A DNA stretch of 64,000 bases, taken from assembly GCA_049840735.1 (NCBI GenBank), contig JASGJN010000011.1, positions 71,951 through 135,950 on the forward strand, written 5' to 3'. The stretch is from Anaeromyxobacter sp. Its GTDB lineage: Bacteria > Myxococcota > Myxococcia > Myxococcales > Anaeromyxobacteraceae. The notes beneath the pieces were generated by a model, which worked only from the letters and a program-made list of their open reading frames with translations, was not told the origin of the DNA and searched no databases. Below, piece after piece: positions 21,165 through 32,884 of the stretch. The position numbers were made by a program, and so were the translations under genes. The first letter of the stretch is position 1. Every line of letters starts with the position of its first letter.

Positions 21165-23776
21165 GTCCGGGCCGGGAGCAGCTGCCGCACCAGCTCGAGG
21201 AGCTTACCGCGCTCCACCTCGCGCTTCACGAGGTACCCGTCGGCGCCGGCCTCCAGGCCGGCGGCGCGGTCCTCGGGGGCGTCGAGGGAGGTCACCAGGA
21301 TCACCGGCGTGGAGCGCAGCCTGGCGTCCGCCTTGATCTTTCGGGCCAACCCCAGGCCGTCGAGCCGCGGCATCTGGACGTCGGAGACGACCAGGGCGGC
21401 GCCCGAGGTGCCGAGCAGCTGGAAGGCCTCCTCGCCGTCGGCCGCAGGCAGCACGGCGTAGCCGGCGATCTCCAGCAGCGTCTTCATGGCGGTGCGGGTG
21501 GTGAGCGAGTCGTCCGCCACCACCAGGCGGACGCGCGACGGGCCGGCGGCGCGGGCCGCCAGCGCCGGCTGCGCCCGGCGCACCAGCTCGGTGGCCGAGA
21601 GGACGCCCACCACGCGGCCGTCGTCCAGCACCGCCGCGCCGGCCAGGTGCGTGACCTTGGAGACGCGCGACCCGAGGTCGCTCACCACCAGGTCCTGCTG
21701 CCCCAGCACCTCCTCGATGCCCAGCGCCACGCGCTGCGCGCCGGCCGCCACCACCAGCGCCGGGCGGAAGCGGGAGCGCACGTCCGGCGCGGCCGCCGAG
21801 AGCCCCATCAGCGGGGCCAGCGGGGCGAAGGGGATTTGCGCGCCGCCCACCTTGACGGTGGCGCGGCCGGCCACGGTGCCGATGTCCTTGTCGCTGAGCA
21901 GCAGCACCCGGTCCACGGCGTCGGCGGGGAGCGCCGCCACCTCGCGCCCGAAGCGGAAGAGCAGCGCCGCCGCGGCGGCCAGCGTGAGCGGGACCTCCAG
22001 GTCGAAGCGGGTCCCCTCGCCCGGGGTCCAGGCCACGTCCACCGTGCCCTGCAGCCGGGTCACGGTGTCCTGCACCACGTCCAGCCCGACGCCGCGGCCG
22101 GAGATCTCGGTGACCGCGGCCTTGGTGGAGAGGCCGGCGGCGAAGACCAGCCGCGCCGCCTCGTCGTCGCTCATGCGGGCGGCGGCCTCGGGCGTGACCA
22201 CGCCCTTGCGCACCGCCGAGGCGCGGACCGCGGCCACGTCCAGGCCGCTGCCGTCGTCCTCGATCACCACGCCCACGCGCGTGCCGCGCGGCTCGACGCG
22301 GACCTTCACGTGCCCCTTGGCCGCCTTGCCCACGGCCCGGCGCCGGTCCGGCGTCTCCAGGCCGTGGTCCACCGCGTTGCGCACCAGGTGGAGCAGCGGG
22401 TCGCGCAGCTCGTCCACCACCCGGCGGTCCAGGCGGACGTCGCCGCCGGCGATGGTGAGCTCGACCTCCTTGCCCAGGCGGCCGGCCACGTCGCGCACGG
22501 CGCGCTTGAGCGGCTCCAGGGCCACGCTGGCCGGGACCATGCGCATGGCGCGCAGGTCGTCGCGCAGCACGGTGCCGGTCAGCTTCTGGCTGTCCGCGTC
22601 GCGCTGGCCGTCGCGGGCCAGCCGGGAGAGCTCGGTGGCCAGCACGCGCAGCCGGTCCAGCGCCGGCGGCAGCTCGGTGCGGGCGTCGTCCGGCGCGCCC
22701 AGCCGCAGCGCCTGGGAGGCGCGCTCCAGCCCGCGCACCACGTCGCGCAGCGAGGCCTCCGCCTCGCGGATCTCGCGGGCGCGGCGGGCGTGGCGGGCCT
22801 CGCCCAGCGCCAGCAGCTCCAGCTGCCGGGTGAGCGAGTCCATGGTGGAGGTGAGGACGCGGATCGACTTGTCGGCGGCCGGCGCCGCGTGGGCGGCCGG
22901 CGCCGGGGCGGCGGCCGGCGCGGCCGGCGCTGCCACCGGGGCCGGGGCGGGCTGCGCGGCGGCGACCGCGGCCGCCACGGTGGGCGTGCCCTCCGGCGGC
23001 GCCTCCAGCGCGGTGCGCAGGTCCACCAGGTCGCCGGCGATGGCGGCGGCGCCGCGCGCGCCCTCCGGGCCGGCGGCGGCCATGACCGCGAAGGCCTCGG
23101 CCACCTTGAGGACCAGCGGCGCGGCCGGGGGCGGCGCCAGCTCGGCCAGCTTGCGCGCGTCCTCCACCGCCCCCTCGGCGGCGGCGCGGCGGGCGTCGGG
23201 ATCGAGCGGGCTGCAGAGGTTGGCGCAGGCCTCCTCGAGCTTGTCGAGCAGCGCCAGCCCGGGGCTGGCCGCCGGCGCCACGGGGGCGTCGGGGGCGCCG
23301 GGGGGCGGGCCCAGGAAGACCGAGGGCGCCGGCGGCGCGGCCGGGGCGGGCGGCGGCGCAGCGGCCGGGGCCGGCTCCTTGCGGTCGGAGGCCCGGACCG
23401 GCGCGCCCAGCGCCTGGAGCAGGTCCACGAAGCGCGGCACCACCGGGTCGGTGCCGGCGTCGCCGGCGGCCAGCGCCTCCTCGATGGCCTGGACCGCGTC
23501 CAGCGCGGCCTGCACGCCGGCGCGCGAGATGCCCTCCGCCGGATCGAACTTCGACAGCGAGCCCTCGATGGCGTGCGCCAGCCGCTCCAGCTCGCCCAGG
23601 CCGAGGCTGCCGGCCGAGCCCTTGAGGCTATGGGCGGTGCGCCGGACCACGTCCAGCACGCCGGCGCGGGAGGGGTCCTCCTCGAGCTCGAGGACGCCGT
23701 CGCTGATGGCCTGGAGGTGCTCGCGCGCCTCGGCCGAGAAGATGGGCCAGATCTGCTGCAGCAGCTCGCGTTCCAT
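21161..23776 (-). CDS. cheA: Hybrid CheA-REC histidine kinase (FrzE/WspE-like)
   Basis: Hpt AHSLKG, HLVRNAVDHG, ISGRGVGLDVV, CheW-like and C-terminal REC domains. Confidence 0.93.
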   Translation of the reverse strand: MERELLQQIWPIFSAEAREHLQAISDGVLELEEDPSRAGVLDVVRRTAHSLKGSAGSLGLGELERLAHAIEGSLSKFDPAEGISRAGVQAALDAVQAIEEALAAGDAGTDPVVPRFVDLLQALGAPVRASDRKEPAPAAAPPPAPAAPPAPSVFLGPPPGAPDAPVAPAASPGLALLDKLEEACANLCSPLDPDARRAAAEGAVEDARKLAELAPPPAAPLVLKVAEAFAVMAAAGPEGARGAAAIAGDLVDLRTALEAPPEGTPTVAAAVAAAQPAPAPVAAPAAPAAAPAPAAHAAPAADKSIRVLTSTMDSLTRQLELLALGEARHARRAREIREAEASLRDVVRGLERASQALRLGAPDDARTELPPALDRLRVLATELSRLARDGQRDADSQKLTGTVLRDDLRAMRMVPASVALEPLKRAVRDVAGRLGKEVELTIAGGDVRLDRRVVDELRDPLLHLVRNAVDHGLETPDRRRAVGKAAKGHVKVRVEPRGTRVGVVIEDDGSGLDVAAVRASAVRKGVVTPEAAARMSDDEAARLVFAAGLSTKAAVTEISGRGVGLDVVQDTVTRLQGTVDVAWTPGEGTRFDLEVPLTLAAAAALLFRFGREVAALPADAVDRVLLLSDKDIGTVAGRATVKVGGAQIPFAPLAPLMGLSAAAPDVRSRFRPALVVAAGAQRVALGIEEVLGQQDLVVSDLGSRVSKVTHLAGAAVLDDGRVVGVLSATELVRRAQPALAARAAGPSRVRLVVADDSLTTRTAMKTLLEIAGYAVLPAADGEEAFQLLGTSGAALVVSDVQMPRLDGLGLARKIKADARLRSTPVILVTSLDAPEDRAAGLEAGADGYLVKREVERGKLLELVRQLLPART

Positions 23777-23778
23777 GG

Positions 23779-24345
23779 CTAGTTGCCGCCCCGCGCCACC
23801 GGGGCGCCCACGCGAGAGAGATCCAGGAGCGCCAGCCGGTCCGGCGCGATCCAGGCGAAGGGGCCCTCGGCCGCGTCGGAGAGCCCGTCCCGCGGGACCT
23901 CCAGCCGGCCCTCCAGCTCCTCCGCGGCGAGGCCGAACACCTCGCCGTCGTGCTCCACCACCACGACCTTCTGCAGGTCGCTCATGCCGCCACCCTCGAG
24001 CCCGAGCAGCGCGCGGAGGTCCAGCACCGGCACCACCCGCGTGCGCGCCACGATGGCGCCCAGCACCCAGGCCGGCGTGGCCGGCAGCGGGGTCAGCCCG
24101 CGCGCGTCCAGCACCTGGAAGACCGCGGCCACGTCCACCGCGTACCGCTCGCCGCCCACCCGGAAGGCCAGCACCGGCACGCCGCCGGCCTGGGCCTCCT
24201 CGCGGGCCAGCGAGACCGCGCGGGCCCGCTCCTCCAGGAGCCGCGCCCGCTCCTCCGGGCTCTGCTGGCCCGTGAGGACGGCCTCGGCCTCGTCCAGCCG
24301 CTGGCGCAGCGCTGCGAAGTCGACGTTCGACTGCGGCCTGCTCAC
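23779..24345 (-). CDS. cheW: CheW adaptor
   Basis: FRVGGERYA, LTPLP..P.WVLG, VPVLDL. Confidence 0.85.
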   Translation of the reverse strand: MSRPQSNVDFAALRQRLDEAEAVLTGQQSPEERARLLEERARAVSLAREEAQAGGVPVLAFRVGGERYAVDVAAVFQVLDARGLTPLPATPAWVLGAIVARTRVVPVLDLRALLGLEGGGMSDLQKVVVVEHDGEVFGLAAEELEGRLEVPRDGLSDAAEGPFAWIAPDRLALLDLSRVGAPVARGGN

Positions 24346-24725
24346 GAGCGGCCCCCGCGGACCGGCAGCTTGAGGATGGTGCCCACGGTGCGGCGCAGCT
24401 CCTCGACCGAGACCGGCTTGGTGAGGAAGGCGGTGGCGCCGACCAGGCGCCCCTTGCGGCGGCTGGCTTCGTCGTTGAGTGAGGTGAGGAGGATGACCGG
24501 CGTGCCGTGGAGCAGGATGTCGGCCCGCACCGCGGCGCACAGCTCGAAGCCGTCCATCCCGGGCATGCGGACGTCGGAGATGATCAGGTCAGGCTTGTGC
24601 AGGCGCGCCTTGGCGAGCCCGTCCATGCCGTCCTTCGACTCGATGAACTGGATCGACCAGCCCATCAGGTAGACCTGGATCAGCGACAGCAGCGTCCGGG
24701 TATCGTCGACCAGGAGAACTTTCAT
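24342..24725 (-). CDS. Single-domain response regulator (CheY-like)
   Basis: VLLVDD, ISDVRMPGMDG, LTS, KPV. Confidence 0.88.
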   Translation of the reverse strand: MKVLLVDDTRTLLSLIQVYLMGWSIQFIESKDGMDGLAKARLHKPDLIISDVRMPGMDGFELCAAVRADILLHGTPVILLTSLNDEASRRKGRLVGATAFLTKPVSVEELRRTVGTILKLPVRGGRS

Positions 24726-26132
24726 CCGTTGCTCCCCGTGGAGGTGCCGAGCGCGCGCCCGGGGCGCGGCGCCTCGAGCGCGGCGCGCAGGGCACCGGCG
24801 GTGATGGTCTCGAGGCCGCGCAGCGGCGCGGCGTCGTCGAGTCCGGCGATCGCCTCGAGGGCGTTGCGCCGGGCGCGGGCGGCGTCGTCCGACAGGCCGA
24901 GCCGCGCGAACAGCGGGACCAGGGTGGCGTGCCCGAGCGCCAGCCCGGGTTCGAGGTAGAGGGCCCGGCGCACGGCCTCCACCGCCGCGCCCAGGTCCCC
25001 GCGGGCGTCGGCGGCCATCGAGACCAGCAGCCAGGCCTCCGGACAGAGCTCGCGGGACGCGGCCTCGCGGGCCAGCGCCTCCGCGACGTCGAGATCGCCG
25101 CGGCGGGCCGCGTCGCGGGCCGCCTCCAGCGCGGGCGAGGCCGGCGCGGGCGCGGCCTCCTCGGGCGGCGGCGGCGCGGCCACCGGCGCGGGGAGGACGA
25201 CCGGGGCCACCGCGGCAGGCGGCGGCGGACGGGCCGGCTCCGCCCGGCGCGGCGGCGGCTCGCGCCGGGGCGCGGCGGGGCGGGAGGTGCGGACGGCGGA
25301 GCGGATCACGGTGGGGGCCCCGCGGCGCGGCCCCTCCTCCGGCACCCGCAGCAGCGTGGCGCCGTCCACCTCGAATCCGGTCCAGCCCCATGCTCGAGGC
25401 CAGCGGCCCCTCCACCGGCCCCAGCAGCAGCGCGCCGCCGGGGCGGATGGCCGAGACCAGCTTCTCCACCACCAGCGCGGCGGTGGGCGGCGTGAAGTAG
25501 ATGAGCACGTTGCGGCAGACGACCAGGTCGAAGGTGGCGCCGGGCGGCGGGTCCTTCACCAGGTTGTGCCGGCGGAACTCCACCATGGCGCGGATGGCCG
25601 GCCGGACCACCACGCGCGGCGGGTGGGACTCGAAGTGCCGCGCCCGCAGCGCCGGCTCGAGGCGGCGGAGCGACCACTCGCCGTAGCTGGCGGCGCGGGC
25701 CACCGCCAGCGCGCGGGCCGAGACGTCGGTGGCCACGATCTGGTCGCCGGCGCCGGCGCGGCCGGCGTCGCACAGCCCCATGGCCAGCGAGTAGGGCTCC
25801 TCGCCGGTGGCGCAGCCGGCCGACCAGATCGACAGCGGCCGCTGGGCCGGCGCCACCACCAGCCGGCGGATCAGCTCCAGCTGCTCCGGGTGGCGGAAGA
25901 AGTAGGTCTCGCCGATCACGGCCGCCTCGACCAGCGCCGTGACCGCCTGGTTCTCCCGCGCGCGCAGCGCGGCCAGGAACGCGTCCTGGCCCAGCTTCAG
26001 CTCGCGCGCGGCCCGCTGGAAGGCGTCCCCCAGCGTGCGCCGGATGCCGGCCGAGAGGGTCAGCCCGCAGGCCTCCTCCAGCACCGTCTCCAGCTCCGCG
26101 AGGGGGAAACCGCCGGCGGGCTTCGGGCTCAT
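24722..26132 (-). CDS. cheR: CheR with C-terminal TPR (FrzF/WspC-like; frameshift ~25375)
   Basis: ETYFFR, WSAGCATGEEPYS, CRNVLIYF; TPR RRALYLEP. Confidence 0.85.
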
Positions 26133-26702
26133 GCACCCCGCCCAGCCAGCGCCTCGAGCACCGGCGTCGGATCGATGACCGGCAGCACCTCGCCCGAGTC
26201 GACGCACAGCCCGGCGACCATGGACGAGCCGCGCCACGCCTCCGGCATGCCGGCCGCCACGTCGCCCTCGAAGAGCCGCGGTCCGTCCACCAGGCGCGCC
26301 ACGCGATCCACCACCAGGCCGACGGTCGGCGTGCCGGCCAGGATCACAATCTGCGCGTCCATGGCCGGCTCGCGCGGCGTCTGCAGCAGCGTGGCGAGAA
26401 TCGACCGCGATGATGGGCGCCCCGCGGCAGACGAACGTGCCGCGCACCTGCGGCGGCGCGCCCGGCAGCGACGAGGTCGCGACCAGGCGGACCACCTCCA
26501 GCACGCGCCCCGCGGGCAGGATGCCGCGCTGGCCGGCGGCCTCGACCACCAGGTGGATCCCCGGCAGCCCCTCGCCGCCCATGGTCATGAGCTGGCCTTG
26601 CGCGCGCTGCAGGGCCTCTTCGAGCCTGCGCAGCTCGGCCACCAGCTCGGCGCGCGTGGACGGGCCGTCGCCGGCCGGAGCGGTCTGGGCGTCTCCTCGC
26701 AT
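26129..26702 (-). CDS. cheW: CheW adaptor (frameshift ~26400)
   Basis: EVVRLV...LPGAPP.VRG..VCRG.PI..VD, GLVVDRV. Confidence 0.75.
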
Positions 26703-26860
26703 ACGGAAAGGAGACTACCATTTTCTCGGGGAAAATCCGCTCCGCGACCCGCGTCGCACCATGTGCGATGCGCCCCTCGGATCCGCGCGCGCCACCCCTC
26801 CGGCGATCAGGCGACACGCCCGCCGGCCTCCGGGCGCGCGCGGCTGCGCGGCGGCTGCGA

Positions 26861-28516
26861 TCAGGGCGCCGCCGGCACGCCCTGGCCCGACGGATCGCCG
26901 GCCGCCTCGCACCAGCCCTCCGGCGATATCTGCACCGCCTGCGGGTTGCCCCACGGCCGGTCCCGCCACAACAGCTGGTGCCCGCGCGCGGTGAGCGCCT
27001 GGGCCGTCTCCGCCTGCAGCGCCCCCGGCTCGACCTGGAGCGCGTCCGGCTGCCACTGGTGGTGGAGCCGCGGGGTCCCGACCGCCTGGGCCAGCGTCAT
27101 ACCGTTGTCCACCAGGTGCGAGATCACCTGCGCCACGGAGGTGGGGATGGTGGTGCCGCCGGACGCGCCCACCGCGAGCCGCAGCCTCCCGTCCGGCCCG
27201 AACACCAGCGTGGGGGACATGGAGGAGAGCGGCACCTTGCCGGCGGCGGGGAGGTTGTGGCCGGTGCCCACCGCCCCGAACACGTTGGCGGTCCCGGGCG
27301 CGCGGTCGAAGTCGTCCATCTGGTCGTTGAGCAGGAACCCGGCGCCGGGCACCGCCACGCAGGAGCCGAAGTAGTAGTTCACGGTGGTGGTGAGCGCGAT
27401 CGCGTTCCCCTGGCCGTCGATGACCGAGACGTGCGTGGTCTGGCTGGTCTCGCGCGGCGGCGGCGGCGCCTCCACCGGCGCCGCCCGCTCGCCCACCGCC
27501 CCGTAGAGCGCCGCCGCGAAGGCCGGAGAGACCTGCTCGGCCACCGCCGCCGCGGCGGCGGGCACGAAGTCCGGATCGCCCAGCGCCGCCCGCCGGGCGT
27601 AGAGCCGCTTCTCCAGCTCGGCCATCACGTGGAGCCAGCGGGCCGAGGTGACGTGATCGGCCGGCGCCGGCTCGTGCTCCAGCGCCTGCAGGAGGCCGAT
27701 CACGATGGCGCCGCCGGACGAGGGGAGCGGCATCGAGACCACGCGGTGGCCGCGGTAGTGCCCCTCCAGCGCCGTCCGCGGCCGGGTCCGGTAGGCGGCC
27801 AGGTCGGCGGCCGAGAGCAGGCCGCCGTCGGCGCGCGCCGCGGCCGCGATCCGCTCCGCCAGCGGGCCGCGGTAGAAGCGCTCCGGGTCCTTCCCCAGCG
27901 CCCGCAGCGTGCGCGCCAGCTCCGGCTGCACCAGCCGCCAGCCCGGCTGCGGCGCGACCCAGGCGCCGTCCTCGCCGCGCGCCAGGAAGCGGCGGGCCGC
28001 CTCCGGCCGCGCCGCCAGGCACGCCAGGCGCGCGCGCGCCGCCCGGACGTAGTGGAGGTTCACCGGCACGCCGCGCTCCGCCGCCCGCGCCGCCGGCTCC
28101 GCCAGCCTCGCGAAGGGGAGCTTCCCGTAGCGCCGCGCCAGCTCCGCGTACCCCTTCACCGCCCCGGGCACCGCCACCGCCAGCCCGCCGTCGAGCGAGG
28201 GCGCGGGCCGGCCGTCCGGCGCGTTCATGAACATGTCCGGCTTCGCGCCGGCCGGCGCCACCTCGCGGAAGTCGAGCGCCACCACCTCGTCCGAGCCGGC
28301 GCGCCGCACCAGCGCGAAGCCGCCGCCGCCGATCCCCGAGGACTGCGGCTCCACCACCGCCAGCACCAGCGCCGCCGCCACCGCCGCGTCCACCGCGTTG
28401 CCCCCGTCGCGGAGCACCTGCGCCGCGGCCTGGGAGGCCAGCGGGTGGGCGGTGGCGACCGCGCCGCGCGGGGAGGCCGCGGTGGCGGCCAGGCAGAGGG
28501 CGAGCAGGTGGGCCAT
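26861..28516 (-). CDS. ggt: Gamma-glutamyltransferase
   Basis: GGNAVDAA, SSGIGGGGF, DFRE, TTHVS, NDQMDDF, PLSSMSP, GASGG. Confidence 0.93.
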   Translation of the reverse strand: MAHLLALCLAATAASPRGAVATAHPLASQAAAQVLRDGGNAVDAAVAAALVLAVVEPQSSGIGGGGFALVRRAGSDEVVALDFREVAPAGAKPDMFMNAPDGRPAPSLDGGLAVAVPGAVKGYAELARRYGKLPFARLAEPAARAAERGVPVNLHYVRAARARLACLAARPEAARRFLARGEDGAWVAPQPGWRLVQPELARTLRALGKDPERFYRGPLAERIAAAARADGGLLSAADLAAYRTRPRTALEGHYRGHRVVSMPLPSSGGAIVIGLLQALEHEPAPADHVTSARWLHVMAELEKRLYARRAALGDPDFVPAAAAAVAEQVSPAFAAALYGAVGERAAPVEAPPPPRETSQTTHVSVIDGQGNAIALTTTVNYYFGSCVAVPGAGFLLNDQMDDFDRAPGTANVFGAVGTGHNLPAAGKVPLSSMSPTLVFGPDGRLRLAVGASGGTTIPTSVAQVISHLVDNGMTLAQAVGTPRLHHQWQPDALQVEPGALQAETAQALTARGHQLLWRDRPWGNPQAVQISPEGWCEAAGDPSGQGVPAAP

Positions 28517-28627
28517 GCGGACTCGTGTAGACCGTTCGCGCACCCGCGAGAAGTCCCCGCTGGCGCCCTTCGGGTCCGCGGCCCCAGGGCGCGTGAATCG
28601 GCCGCATCCGCCCCCTCCCCCACCCTG

Positions 28628-28656
28628 TTGCGAATTCGCGATCGGGCGTCTAGCCT
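28628..28656 (+). promoter_or_regulatory. Sigma70 promoter, probably leaderless glmU transcript
   Basis: TTGCGA-N17-TAGCCT, 8 nt before ATG, no SD. Confidence 0.55.
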
Positions 28657-28664
28657 CCCGCGTC

Positions 28665-30131
28665 ATGCCACGCGCACGCACACCGCTCGCCGCCATCGTC
28701 CTCGCCGCCGGCAAGGGCACCCGCATGAAGTCGTCCCGGGCCAAGGTCCTCCACGAGGTGGCCGGGCGCCCGCTCGCCTGGTACCCGGTGAAGCGCGCGC
28801 TGGAGCTGGGCGCCGAGCGGGTGGTGGTGGTGGTCGGCCACCAGGCCGAGGCGGTCGAGCAGGCGCTGCGCGCCGCCTTCCCGGGCGCGCCGCTCCGCTT
28901 CGCGCTGCAGGCCGAGCAGCTCGGCACCGCCCACGCCGTCCGCCAGGCGCGCCCGGCGCTGCGCGGCTACGCCGGGCCGGTGGCCATCCTCTCCGGCGAC
29001 ACGCCGCTCCTGCGCGTCGAGACGCTGGAGGCGGTGGTGCGCGAGCGGGCCCGGCACCGCGCCGCGCTGTCGGTGGCCACCATGACGCCGGCCAGCCCGC
29101 GCGGCTACGGCCGGATCGTGCGCGACGCCCGCGGCCGGCCGGCGCGCATCGTCGAGGAGAAGGACGCCGGCGAGGCCGAGCGCGCCATCGGCGAGGTGAA
29201 CGCCGGCCTGTACTGCGTCGACGCGGGCTTCCTGTGGGCCGGCCTCTCGAAGGTGGGCTCGAGGAACGCGCAGGGCGAGTTCTACCTGACCGACCTGGTG
29301 GCCATGGCCGCCGCGTCCGGCGGGGCGGTGGCGGTGCCGGTGCCGGAGGAGGACGCCGCCGGCGTCAACGACCGGGCCGAGCTGGCCCGCGCCGGCCGCG
29401 TGCTCACCGCCCGCATCGCCGCCGCGCTGATGCGCTCCGGCGTGACCATCGAGGACCCGGCCCGCTTCGACTGCGACGAGGGCGTGGCCATCGGCCCGGA
29501 CACGATCATCGAGCCGGGCGTGCGGCTGCGCGGCGCCACGCGGCTCGGCGCCGGCGTGACGGTGGGCGCGGGCAGCATCCTGGTGGACGCCGCGGTGGCC
29601 GACGGCGTGCAGCTCAAGCCCTACACGCTGATCGAGCAGGCGGTGGTGGCCGAGGCCGCCATCATCGGCCCCTTCGCGCGGCTGCGGCCCGGCTCGGAGA
29701 TCGGCGAGGGCGCCCACGTGGGCAACTTCGTCGAGACCAAGAAGACCCGGCTCGGCAAGGGGGCCAAGGCCAACCACCTCACCTACCTGGGCGACGCCGA
29801 GGTGGGGGCCGGGACCAACGTCGGGGCCGGCACCATCACCTGCAACTACGACGGCAAGCTCAAGCACCCCACCCGCATCGGGGCGGGTGCCTTCATCGGC
29901 TCGGACTCCATCCTGGTGGCCCCCATCACCATCGGGGACGGGGCCTACGTCGCGGCCGGGTCCACGCTGACCGAGGCCGTGCCGGCGGGCGCCCTGGCGC
30001 TGGGGCGCGCCCGGCAGGTGGTCAAGGAAGGCTGGGTGGCGCGGCAGCGGGCCGAGGTGCAGATGAAGGGGACGGCCGCCAGGACGCCGGCCCCGCGGAA
30101 GGCGCGGCCGGCAGCCAGGCGGGCGAGCTAG
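28665..30131 (+). CDS. glmU: Bifunctional UDP-GlcNAc pyrophosphorylase/acetyltransferase
   Basis: LAAGKGTRMKS, EQLGTAHA, GNFVE, HLTYLGD, TCNYDG. Confidence 0.97.
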   Translation: MPRARTPLAAIVLAAGKGTRMKSSRAKVLHEVAGRPLAWYPVKRALELGAERVVVVVGHQAEAVEQALRAAFPGAPLRFALQAEQLGTAHAVRQARPALRGYAGPVAILSGDTPLLRVETLEAVVRERARHRAALSVATMTPASPRGYGRIVRDARGRPARIVEEKDAGEAERAIGEVNAGLYCVDAGFLWAGLSKVGSRNAQGEFYLTDLVAMAAASGGAVAVPVPEEDAAGVNDRAELARAGRVLTARIAAALMRSGVTIEDPARFDCDEGVAIGPDTIIEPGVRLRGATRLGAGVTVGAGSILVDAAVADGVQLKPYTLIEQAVVAEAAIIGPFARLRPGSEIGEGAHVGNFVETKKTRLGKGAKANHLTYLGDAEVGAGTNVGAGTITCNYDGKLKHPTRIGAGAFIGSDSILVAPITIGDGAYVAAGSTLTEAVPAGALALGRARQVVKEGWVARQRAEVQMKGTAARTPAPRKARPAARRAS

Positions 30132-30168
30132 CAGGCCTCTCGCCGTTTCGTGGTAACAAGGCGGACCT

Positions 30169-32004
<1,836 letters not shown>

Positions 32005-32058
32005 GGCCGGCCCGCGCCCGAGGTCGCGCCGCGCCGCCTGGTGCGGTACACCTCGGGC

Positions 32059-32640
32059 GTGGCCAACCACCGCCTCTTCGTCGCGCTCGAGCCGCCCGAG
32101 CCGGTGCGCCGGCGCCTCGCCGCGCTCTCGGCAGGCCTGCGCCGCAGCGCCGGCCGCGCCGCCGACGAGCTGCGCTGGGTGAGCGACGACAACCTCCACC
32201 TCACGCTGCAGTTCCTGGGCGCGGTGCCGGACGAGCGGGTGGACGCGGTGCTGGCGGCGGTCGCGGCCGCGGCCGCGGCGGGCCGGCCGCTCTCGCTGGA
32301 GGTGAAGGGCGCGGGCGGCTTCCCCAACGCGCGCCGGCCGCGGGTGATCTGGCTGGGGCTGGGCGGTGAGGCGGCGGCGCTGGGGCCCCTGGCCGAGGAC
32401 CTGGGCCGGCGGCTGGCGCCGCTCGGCTTCCCGCCCGAGGGTCGGCCCTTCTCCGCCCACCTGACGGTGGCGCGCGCCCGCGATCCGCGCGGCGCGCCCG
32501 GGCTGGGCGGCGCGCTGGCCGCGGCGGCGCAGGGCGACGGCGTGCCCTGGCGCGCCGCGGAGCTGGTGCTGTTCGAGTCGCACCTCTCGCCGCGCGGACC
32601 GAGCTACGAGGTCCGGCTGCGGGCCCCGCTGGGCGGGTGA
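32059..32640 (+). CDS. thpR: RNA 2',3'-cyclic phosphodiesterase (2H family)
   Basis: RLFVAL, HLTL and HLTV motifs. Confidence 0.9.
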   Translation: MANHRLFVALEPPEPVRRRLAALSAGLRRSAGRAADELRWVSDDNLHLTLQFLGAVPDERVDAVLAAVAAAAAAGRPLSLEVKGAGGFPNARRPRVIWLGLGGEAAALGPLAEDLGRRLAPLGFPPEGRPFSAHLTVARARDPRGAPGLGGALAAAAQGDGVPWRAAELVLFESHLSPRGPSYEVRLRAPLGG

Positions 32641-32843
32641 ATGGCGCGCGCCGGCGGGCCGTCACGTGCAGCGAGGCACGGGCCCCGGGCCTCAGGAGGA
32701 GCGGACGCTGCAGGTTGGAGGCGGCCTCCCCGAGGGGGGCCCTGGTGGCTCCGCTGTCGTCCGCCCGCCACAGGTGGCGCGCGGCGGCGACGCCTGCCTT
32801 CCCGTCGGCGCCGTGCAACCCCCTGATCCGGCTGCGCTGCGCC

Positions 32844-32859
32844 TGGCCCGGCCCCTGCA
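32844..32859 (+). promoter_or_regulatory. Possible sigma54 -24/-12 promoter
   Basis: TGGCCCGGCCCCTGCA (GG-N10-GC) upstream of SD GAGGA and ATG 32885. Confidence 0.35.
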
Positions 32860-32884
32860 ATCCAGGCGGGGAGGAACCCACGCC

